Origin: Candidatus Iainarchaeum sp.
GTDB taxonomy: Archaea > Iainarchaeota > Iainarchaeia > Iainarchaeales > JAFCCW01
Reading direction: 5' to 3'
NCBI GenBank assembly: GCA_017609985.1
Contig: JAFCCW010000021.1
Span: forward strand, 1 to 11,579
DNA length: 11,579 nt
The notes under the pieces were generated by a model. The model had not been told where the DNA came from. It did no database searches and worked only from the letters and a program-made list of their open reading frames with translations. The translations under genes and the position numbers were made by a program. Positions 1-6,555 of the stretch are shown here, in pieces. The stretch's first letter is position 1. Every line of letters starts with the position of its first letter.

Positions 1-114
1 TCTGATAGAAAGTATTAAGTTCAACAGGATATATAACATTCAAACGTATCACCGATAAATAGGAGGCACAACCTCCTATTTATCACTGTTTATAAAGGAT
101 TTCTACAGAGCCCA
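1..114. repeat. Left terminal inverted repeat (114 bp)
   Basis: 1-114 is the exact reverse complement of 11466-11579; the match breaks at 115/11465. Confidence 0.97.
54..84. repeat. Perfect palindrome within the left TIR (13-bp arms, 5-nt spacer)
   Basis: GATAAATAGGAGG-CACAA-CCTCCTATTTATC. Confidence 0.95.
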
Positions 115-381
115 TTTCCGCCTGAACGCCTTTTCCAGCCCGGTTAGCGTTTCCAAATCAACTAGTTTTTCTTTCTGCTCGTCGCTTAATACCCCTTGCG
201 CCCTTTCAACCAGCAGGGGCGTAATAACCCTTAAATCCGGTATGCGCTCAAAGCATTCGGCCCTAAACTTTTCCAGGGCCTTTTTACGGTTCTTGGCATA
301 AGTTGTTTGTATGTGGTAACCTTCGACCTTAAACACGCAGGAGAAAGGTTTATTGCCTGACTTTTTTACTTCAAGCACCAT
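103..381 (-). CDS. Hypothetical protein (92 aa)
   Basis: Overlaps the upstream AbrB-like ORF by 11 nt, suggesting translational coupling; no recognised motif; the last 12 nt lie inside the TIR. Confidence 0.6.
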   Translation of the reverse strand: MVLEVKKSGNKPFSCVFKVEGYHIQTTYAKNRKKALEKFRAECFERIPDLRVITPLLVERAQGVLSDEQKEKLVDLETLTGLEKAFRRKWAL

Positions 382-532
382 TAGTTACCAGCTCCTTTAC
401 TATTAGCGCCCGCTTCTCATTAGGCGCAGGATAAACCATTAACTCCGTGCCCTTAGCCCAGCCAAGCAGCTGCACGTACTGCTTAGGCAGGTTAATGAAA
501 AGCGTTTGCTTACCCTGCTGTATTTTTACCAT
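371..532 (-). CDS. AbrB/MazE/SpoVT-family DNA-binding protein (53 aa)
   Basis: MVKIQQGKQTLFINLPKQYVQLLGWAKGTELMV matches the swapped-hairpin pattern (I.LPK.....LG...G..L.V). Start moved from 577 to ATG 532 because GGTG lies just upstream. Confidence 0.8.
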   Translation of the reverse strand: MVKIQQGKQTLFINLPKQYVQLLGWAKGTELMVYPAPNEKRALIVKELVTNGA

Positions 533-629
533 TAAAAAACACCGTACAATCAGTACTCTCATTAATATTATAAGCACGAGGGGACTAACAAGTAGGTAAC
601 CGGGCTAATGGTTTAGTTCATTGGCTAGC

Positions 630-645
630 CCTACCGGGGGCGCTT
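630..645 (+). repeat. att-like core, copy 1 (tRNA 3'-end-like fragment)
   Basis: CCTACCGGGGGCGCTT is identical at 8704-8719 and 10872-10887. It parses as T-stem 3' strand (CCTAC) + acceptor 3' strand (CGGGGGC) + discriminator G, followed by a T-rich tract. Confidence 0.75.
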
Positions 646-708
646 TCTTCTTTTTCAAACGCCCCCCCTCTGCATTTAAATTGGTTTCGGTTGAGGAGGA
701 GAAAAGAT

Positions 709-933
709 ATGAGGGAATACATTCACCCCTATAAACACAACCTGGAGAAGGAAATTCAAAGGGTTAAAGATTCAAAAATGCTTGCATCAAACAAGCAGCT
801 TATTCTGAAATTCTACAAGCACAACATGGCCCAGGAACTCAGCCTGCCAAGAATGGAAAGGCAAACAAGCGTCCTGAGAAAGGTTGCAGAGTGGCAGAAA
901 AAGGTTTTTACGGGTTTGTGTTGCCCAAAGTAA
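709..933 (+). pseudogene. Truncated tyrosine recombinase/integrase, N-terminal fragment only
   Basis: YIHPYKHNLEKEIQRVKDSKMLASNKQLILKFYKHNMAQELSLPRMERQTSVLRKVAEWQKKVF resembles the N-terminus of archaeal tRNA-targeting integrases (NK.LI..F......GLS..R...Y...L...A.W..K.F). GAGGAGG RBS precedes ATG 709. Stops after 74 aa with no catalytic R-H-R-Y domain; lies 64 bp from the att-like core. Confidence 0.7.
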
Positions 934-997
934 CCTTGAATTAAACTTTACGCAAGCAAAAGAAATTGAAGCAAAAAAAGTATTGGAAAAGCTGTTT

Positions 998-2248
998 TTA
1001 GTTTGCTAGTGATATTTCGAAGTTTATTTTTAGCCCTCTCGCAGTTCTTGTGACTTTTTTGTTTTTGGTTGTTACTAGTCCTGCCTTTTTTAGTTTTGTA
1101 ATGTATTGGCTTGTGTTTGATAGTTGCATGTTTATGTCTTTTGCTATTTCCGATATTGTTCTTGTTCCGTTTGCGAGGACGAGTATTTTCATTACGTTTT
1201 CGCTTTTGAGCAATGCGCTGAGTTGCTTTAGCTGCTTTTTTGTTTTCACTGTTTGGAATTGAGGTTCTGGGTCCTCTAAATTTTTCGTTGATTCTTTGGC
1301 TTTTTGCAAGTAGCTGAAAAGGTTATTTGAGAGAGAAGCAGTAATGTTTTCCTTTGATTCGTTTTTGAGGGCTTCCGGCACTTTTTCCAATGGCAAGATC
1401 TTTTTTCCTTTCCGAGTTGTTATCGTTACTTCTGAAAGCAAAGTGTTGAAAACGTTTTTGTAAAGATTCTGTAAGTCTTCTTTTTCAAAATGCCATTTTG
1501 AGACAATCTGGCTTATTTCGCTTACGCTCATACCCCAATGAGGTATTTGGGAATCTATATCTATTCGAGGAATGTCTTTTGAGAGAATTATTAGCGGCCT
1601 TTCAGTGCTTGTAAGGCCTTCGTTGTACATTGCTTTCCTTGTTGCATAGTAAAGCATTTTCCTTTGAGGGGCAGAGTACATGACTTCTATTGGTTTCTTT
1701 TGGTCTTCAGGGTAAAGCTCGTGGAAAAAGTTTGCAAAAAAGACGTCGGCAGGTAGCTGAATTAAGTAGTTCAGCTTTTCATTGAGGTCGTGTTCGTCAA
1801 GGTCCATTAAGCCTAGAACAGAATAGTATTTTGCAAAAAAGGCTTTTTCTTTCTGTTGCATGAATCTAGCCCAGAGTTCGGAAGAGGTGTAAGTATTTAA
1901 GTTGGAAATTCCAAGGGCGTTTGCCAAAGAAGTAATCTCGTCCTTTTTCTTTTTAATGTATTCCTCAGAAGTCAAAGACCGATACTTTTCAAATTCAACT
2001 TTTTTAAAATAAGGGTTTGAAAGGATATTCATATCCCATAAGACAAGCACAACATTAAAGCCGACTTTTGAGAGCTTTGCAAGGTTGAATAAATGGGTTA
2101 ATGTGATATAATTGTATTTAAGGTGAGTTAAAGAGTAAAAAATAGTTGGAGCGCCTTTTCCGGCAGAATTTTCAAGAACAGATTTAAGGGTTTCCCTATC
2201 CTGTGTTGAAACCGTGAAACTATCCAAAGTTTTTGTTATCGCTTCCAT
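998..2248 (-). CDS. Putative transcriptional regulator: degenerate TyrRS-like (class Ic aaRS) domain + C-terminal ArsR-type winged HTH
   Basis: C-terminal MKILVLANGTRTISEIAKDINMQLSNTSQYITKLKKAGLV is a clear wHTH. N-terminal segments LAKLSKVGFNVVLVLWDMN, TYTSSE, LIQLPADV, QRKMLYYATR, PLIILSKDIP and MSVSEISQIV recall archaeal TyrRS in the same order, but HIGH and KMSKS are absent. Confidence 0.75.
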   Translation of the reverse strand: MEAITKTLDSFTVSTQDRETLKSVLENSAGKGAPTIFYSLTHLKYNYITLTHLFNLAKLSKVGFNVVLVLWDMNILSNPYFKKVEFEKYRSLTSEEYIKKKKDEITSLANALGISNLNTYTSSELWARFMQQKEKAFFAKYYSVLGLMDLDEHDLNEKLNYLIQLPADVFFANFFHELYPEDQKKPIEVMYSAPQRKMLYYATRKAMYNEGLTSTERPLIILSKDIPRIDIDSQIPHWGMSVSEISQIVSKWHFEKEDLQNLYKNVFNTLLSEVTITTRKGKKILPLEKVPEALKNESKENITASLSNNLFSYLQKAKESTKNLEDPEPQFQTVKTKKQLKQLSALLKSENVMKILVLANGTRTISEIAKDINMQLSNTSQYITKLKKAGLVTTKNKKVTRTARGLKINFEISLAN

Positions 2249-2269
2249 ATCAGCCCAATTTCCAAAGAC

Positions 2270-2305
2270 TAATAACTTATACTATTACCATAACAAGAGT
2301 TATTA
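2270..2305. promoter_or_regulatory. Candidate operator in the divergent promoter region
   Basis: TAATAACT-N20-AGTTATTA inverted repeat, overlapping a TATA-like TTAAATATATAT (2303-2314) about 30 nt upstream of ATG 2340. Confidence 0.4.
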
Positions 2306-2339
2306 AATATATATCCAATATTAAATAATTAGATAGAAA

Positions 2340-3842
2340 ATGAGTTTTTCATTCCACAGCTCGCAGGAATTTGTAAAAGACATAAACGACAGTTTTTCTT
2401 TCACTGATTTAAAGCCAACTCTGCGCGTAGGCGTAACAGAAAAATGCAACCTCAAATGCCCATACTGCCACAGGGAAGGCATTACAGAAAAATATACAAA
2501 TTACCTTAGCCCCGAAGAATATTCTATAATAGCCAATACATTCCACAGCCTTGGACTATCAAAAGTAAAATTTACCGGCGGAGAGCCCTTGCTTAGAAAA
2601 GACCTTGCCAAAATAGTGCAGGCTTTTATGCAAGCTGGCTTTGAAGACCTTTCTATGATAACAAATGGAACCCTGTTAAACAGGAAAAATCTGCTTGAAC
2701 TCAAAGAAGCAGGTCTTAATAGAATAACAATAAGCTTTGATTCCCTTAAACAAAAGAAAGCAACACAGATTAGCGGATGCGACTGCCTTGAAAAGGTTCT
2801 GGAAAACGTATCTCTTTCAAGAGAGTTCTTTGAAGACGTTAAAGTAAATTGTGTTATTCTGCCAGGAATAAATTTTCCAAGCGAAATACTGGACTTCGCC
2901 AACTTTTGTAGGGACAATGACGTAACCCTCAAATTACTTTCAAGGCTGTCAGATGATACACCCTACCCTTTATGCAGCCAGGCTTTAGTAGAGATAAAAC
3001 TCTATAAACACTTGAAGAGAAAAGAGATCTGCACTGAAGGCGTTGTCCCGGCAACAAAATATTTCTTCTCAGACGGAACAAAGGTAGAAGTAAACGATTT
3101 CAGAAGCAAGGAATACAGACGAATAATAAGCAACAACAAGTCCTGTGAATCCTGTGAACTAAAAGAACAGTGTGTTGAGGGGCCTTACGCAATAAGAGTT
3201 ATGCCTGACGGAGAAATAAAGCCGTGCCTTTTGAAAAAGGATAACACAATCAAATTCCGCAAGGTAACCAAAAGCAGAACAAAACTAATCTGTTTAACTG
3301 GGCTGGCCAGTTCAGGAAAAAGCAATTTCACGAAAACAGCAGAAAACATGTTTAACATCAAAAACGTTTACGTTGGAAAAATTCTAAAAGACAAAGCAGG
3401 GGAAACACATGCAAAACCCACTTATGATAATGTAATGACTGTAAGCAAAGAAATTTACAAAGAGAAAGGCCCTTTGGGAACAATTTTAGAAAGCTTCCAT
3501 GCAACTCAGGGAAATATCACAGATGAAAAAGTAATTATACTTGATTCTGTTAGGAGCGTTGAAGAATACAATTTCCTCAAACAGTTCTTCAAAACATACC
3601 TTGTAGGCGTAATCTGCAACAGGAGTGAGAGATTCAAAAGGGCAAAAAAAGGATACTTTAAATTAACAAAAGACCAGCTAATAAAAAGAGACAAGCTCGA
3701 ATTGGGGGAAGAAAATGACGAACCCTCATTCAACATCGGAGAACTTTTAGGACACGTTGATTACTACATTTTAGGCGAATCACAAAACTTCAAACAGGAA
3801 ACAGCAGAAATAATAAAGGCGATAATGAATGATAGAAGTTGA
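2340..3842 (+). CDS. MoaA-like radical SAM enzyme fused to a C-terminal P-loop NMP/dephospho-CoA-kinase-like (UPF0200-like) domain
   Basis: rSAM motifs LRVGVTEKCNLKCPYC (CxxxCxxC), KFTGGEPLLR, ITNG, ISFDSL, VKVN and CESC...IRVMPDGEIKPCL. From about aa 315: LICLTGLASSGKS (Walker A), ILDSVRSVEE, RFKR, RDKLELG, VDYYI. Confidence 0.88.
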   Translation: MSFSFHSSQEFVKDINDSFSFTDLKPTLRVGVTEKCNLKCPYCHREGITEKYTNYLSPEEYSIIANTFHSLGLSKVKFTGGEPLLRKDLAKIVQAFMQAGFEDLSMITNGTLLNRKNLLELKEAGLNRITISFDSLKQKKATQISGCDCLEKVLENVSLSREFFEDVKVNCVILPGINFPSEILDFANFCRDNDVTLKLLSRLSDDTPYPLCSQALVEIKLYKHLKRKEICTEGVVPATKYFFSDGTKVEVNDFRSKEYRRIISNNKSCESCELKEQCVEGPYAIRVMPDGEIKPCLLKKDNTIKFRKVTKSRTKLICLTGLASSGKSNFTKTAENMFNIKNVYVGKILKDKAGETHAKPTYDNVMTVSKEIYKEKGPLGTILESFHATQGNITDEKVIILDSVRSVEEYNFLKQFFKTYLVGVICNRSERFKRAKKGYFKLTKDQLIKRDKLELGEENDEPSFNIGELLGHVDYYILGESQNFKQETAEIIKAIMNDRS

Positions 3843-4374
3843 AATCAGAACGATTGTAGGCAATTCTGAAGAAGCAGGAAAAAAGCTGCAAAAATATCCC
3901 CTAATTAAAAACAAGATGCAGACGGATGAATACTTTTCTCATCCTTCAAGGGACTTTTACGCAAACCCTATTCTGAGAGAGTATGTAAGAATAAGGCATG
4001 GCAAAAACCCTACTTTTGAGTACCACAAAGCCCACATAAAAAACGGGAAAAAGACACACTCAGAAGAATTTGAAGTGGCAATAGAAGACGTTAAAAAAAT
4101 GAAGGGAATACTTGAACAGCTTGGATTCAAACCATTTGTAACAGTTAAAAAAGCAAGAAAAACATTTGACTGCGGAAAATTTGAAGCATGCCTTGATACA
4201 ATAGAATCCCTTGGCACTTTCTTGGAAATAGAGGCAAAAGAAAACCTTGGCGGAATAGAAAAAACAAGGCAGGAATGCATAAATTTTCTGAAAAAACTTG
4301 AAATAGAATATGTTCCTGCACCCGACAAAGGCTATCCGGACATGCTTGCCGAAAAAATTACACCAAAACAATAA
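3829..4374 (+). CDS. cyaB: CYTH-domain protein (class IV adenylate cyclase/triphosphate tunnel metalloenzyme family)
   Basis: MIEVEIR (ExExK/R), QTDEYF, VRIR, EEFEV, LGF....VKKAR, LDTIESLGTFLEIE, GYPDML; overlaps the upstream gene by 14 nt. Confidence 0.9.
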   Translation: MIEVEIRTIVGNSEEAGKKLQKYPLIKNKMQTDEYFSHPSRDFYANPILREYVRIRHGKNPTFEYHKAHIKNGKKTHSEEFEVAIEDVKKMKGILEQLGFKPFVTVKKARKTFDCGKFEACLDTIESLGTFLEIEAKENLGGIEKTRQECINFLKKLEIEYVPAPDKGYPDMLAEKITPKQ

Positions 4375-4449
4375 CCAAGCAAAAAAGGCAGAAAACGCCG
4401 ACTAATTCTATAACTAATAATAAAAAGGTCAAGCGAAGAAAGTCATTGA

Positions 4450-4531
4450 GCAGGTGCTTTCCTGCCTGGCTTTAATAGCTCGGGATTGCACCTGCAACCA
4501 GTCAACCACCAGGTTGAAAAAAAATCAACCA
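4450..4531 (+). other. Structured intergenic element (possible cis-regulatory RNA or operator)
   Basis: GCAGGTGC (4450-4457) pairs with GCACCTGC (4488-4495); GGTTGA (4512-4517) is complementary to TCAACC at both 4502-4507 and 4525-4530. Confidence 0.4.
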
Positions 4532-4576
4532 GAAGTATTTGGATAAAAACAAAGCAGAAGTTATTGGGTGAATGAA

Positions 4577-5095
4577 ATGGAACAGCAAGCACTAGAACTA
4601 AAGAAAATTTTCAACGGGATGATTGATAGTTTTGGATTAAACCATGCTCGAGTATACTATATCCTTATTTCAAGCGAAGTAAAAACAGCAAAGCAATTGG
4701 TTCAGGAAACAGGGATCAACCAGGCCACTGTTTACGCCGTTCTGCGTGAGCTCATAAAATGGGATCTAATCCAACAAAGCAACACAAATCCTGCAAGCTA
4801 TTATATTGGAAACCCAATGAAAACATTTGAAAAGCAGGTAAGAAAAAAGGAAAAAATAATTACCGGAAAAAGGAAGCTGCTTGAAGATCTGATTGCTTCA
4901 GATGTTGACGAAAGCGAAAAGTACTTGATTAAAATTGGCAAAGGAGAACAGACAAAACTAGTAAATGTTCTAACGAATAAAGAACTGCGTTATAGAGAGG
5001 AGATGGTTAAGGTTAGAGATAGTTTGGATAAAATGTTGAGAGCTGCCCCGGTTAAGGAAAAAGTTAGCCCTCTTTATTCAACCTACAGGAAATAA
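4577..5095 (+). CDS. TrmB-family transcriptional regulator (wHTH with short C-terminal region)
   Basis: FGLNHARVYYILISSEVKTAKQLVQETGINQATVYAVLRELIKWDLI...NPASYY..NP is a typical TrmB HTH. GGTGA RBS (4567-4571) favours ATG 4577 over GTG 4568. Confidence 0.88.
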   Translation: MEQQALELKKIFNGMIDSFGLNHARVYYILISSEVKTAKQLVQETGINQATVYAVLRELIKWDLIQQSNTNPASYYIGNPMKTFEKQVRKKEKIITGKRKLLEDLIASDVDESEKYLIKIGKGEQTKLVNVLTNKELRYREEMVKVRDSLDKMLRAAPVKEKVSPLYSTYRK

Positions 5096-5118
5096 TTTCA
5101 AAAAAGGAGGTTAACACA

Positions 5119-6444
5119 ATGAAGAGTTCAATATACAATATTTTTGTTCCAACCAAAGACAGTTCAAAGTTTGTTGCATACAACACCCTCAGAGGTAGCA
5201 CAACTATTGTAAACGACGAAGTAAAAAAAGCAATCCAAGGCAATAACTTGCCAGATGATAAAAAATTGTTGGAAAAACTGCAAAAAACTAACCTGGTTGT
5301 TGATGATGAGTCCGATGAAAAAAACCTTTGCAAATACCTCCACAACAAGCACAAGTTTGACAACAGCTACCAGCACTTTTGCGTTATCATTACATATGAC
5401 TGCAATTTCCGCTGCCCCTACTGCTATCAGGGAGCTGACAAAAACAAACACCCTATTTCAGAGGAAATGCTTGAAAAAGTCATAAAATGCATTAAGCGCA
5501 CATGCAAGGAAAGAAAAGCCAAAGACCTTGAAGTCACCTTGTACGGCGGCGAACCATTTATGTTCCCAAAAAAATGCAAAAAGCTTGTTGAAGAAACAAG
5601 CCAATGGGCAAAAGAGAATAACATAATATTCCACTTAAGCGTACTGACAAACGGATCCCTTATAACAAAAGAAATAGCTGAATGGCTCTCAGATTACAAG
5701 GCAAGAATACAGATACCGCTTGACGGATACAAAACAGTTCACGACAAGTACAGATACCACATAGGAAAAAACAAAGGATCATACGAAGACCTCATGCAAA
5801 CATTCAACTATTTTAAGGGAACAGACGCAAGCATTCATCTAAGAATAAGCGTAACAAAAGAAACATATCCAACAATGGGAAAAATGCTTGATGACCTAAA
5901 AGCAAGAGGCCTAACACATTTGCACCCAGACTTTTGTTACATTACAGCGTTTGTTGAAGCATGCAATAGCTTTAGCCCATACTGCCTAAAAGATTCTGAA
6001 CTCTACTCCGTTCTGCCAGAGTTGTGGAAAATGTCAAGAGAAAAAGGCTTCAAAACAGATATGTTGAAACCACAGGTGTCGCCACTGCCCTGTAGCAGCA
6101 TAGCAGACGGAAGCTATGTAATAGACCCAACGGGAAACATTTACAAGTGCTGGGAACTGGTAATACAAAAAGAGCACATCGTGGGAAGAATACTTGACAA
6201 TGGAAAAATGGAACTAACGCCAAAATACTTCGAAACTCTTAGCAGAGACCCAAGTACAATAGAAGACTGTGAAAAATGCAAGTTTCTGCCAGCCTGTTCA
6301 GGAGGGTGCATCTGCAAAGCATGCTGGAACAAAGGAACATACCAAGCAAGTGGTTGTGGAACAGTCAAATTCCTGTTGGTTGAACAACTAAAAGCATACC
6401 TTTTGCAAGAGTACCCAGAAACGTTTAAAACATTACTCGAGTAG
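5119..6444 (+). CDS. Radical SAM/SPASM-domain protein, probable RiPP maturase
   Basis: CNFRCPYC, YGGEP, LTNG, QIPLDG..VHDKYR. SPASM motifs PCSS...IDPTGNIYKCW and CEKCKFLPACSGGC (Cx2Cx5Cx3C). An ~80-aa N-terminal extension (SIYNIFV...YNTLRGS...LEKLQKTNLVV) resembles that of peptide maturases. AGGAGG RBS. Confidence 0.92.
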   Translation: MKSSIYNIFVPTKDSSKFVAYNTLRGSTTIVNDEVKKAIQGNNLPDDKKLLEKLQKTNLVVDDESDEKNLCKYLHNKHKFDNSYQHFCVIITYDCNFRCPYCYQGADKNKHPISEEMLEKVIKCIKRTCKERKAKDLEVTLYGGEPFMFPKKCKKLVEETSQWAKENNIIFHLSVLTNGSLITKEIAEWLSDYKARIQIPLDGYKTVHDKYRYHIGKNKGSYEDLMQTFNYFKGTDASIHLRISVTKETYPTMGKMLDDLKARGLTHLHPDFCYITAFVEACNSFSPYCLKDSELYSVLPELWKMSREKGFKTDMLKPQVSPLPCSSIADGSYVIDPTGNIYKCWELVIQKEHIVGRILDNGKMELTPKYFETLSRDPSTIEDCEKCKFLPACSGGCICKACWNKGTYQASGCGTVKFLLVEQLKAYLLQEYPETFKTLLE

Positions 6445-6452
6445 GTGATACA

Positions 6453-6542
6453 ATGGAAAAGAACCAAAAAGCAAAATTTGAAATTGAGGTCATTGAAGAA
6501 AAATCAAAGCCAAAAATTTCACACTGCTTTGTACTAGTATAA
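6453..6542 (+). CDS. Small ORF (29 aa, MEKNQKAKFEIEVIEEKSKPKISHCFVLV), candidate RiPP precursor peptide
   Basis: Absent from the ORF track. AGGTGAT RBS overlaps the rSAM stop codon; ATG 6453 to TAA 6542 fills the gap between the rSAM and MBL genes; charged leader-like N-terminus and Cys-containing hydrophobic tail. Confidence 0.8.
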   Translation: MEKNQKAKFEIEVIEEKSKPKISHCFVLV

Positions 6543-6555
6543 AAAGTTGAATTGT

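Noticed and set aside
560-650. Complete tRNA gene at any of the three cores
   Set aside because: No GCCCCCG 5' acceptor strand, D-arm, anticodon arm or GGTTC about 70 nt upstream; only the 3' fragment is present.
998-2248. Functional tyrosyl-tRNA synthetase (tyrS)
   Set aside because: HIGH and KMSKS motifs are absent and a wHTH is fused.
2340-3280. Assigning moaA or viperin outright
   Set aside because: The altered auxiliary-cluster and substrate motifs, kinase fusion and lack of Moco genes argue against plain moaA. The overall motifs are MoaA-like rather than viperin-like. A phylogeny is needed.
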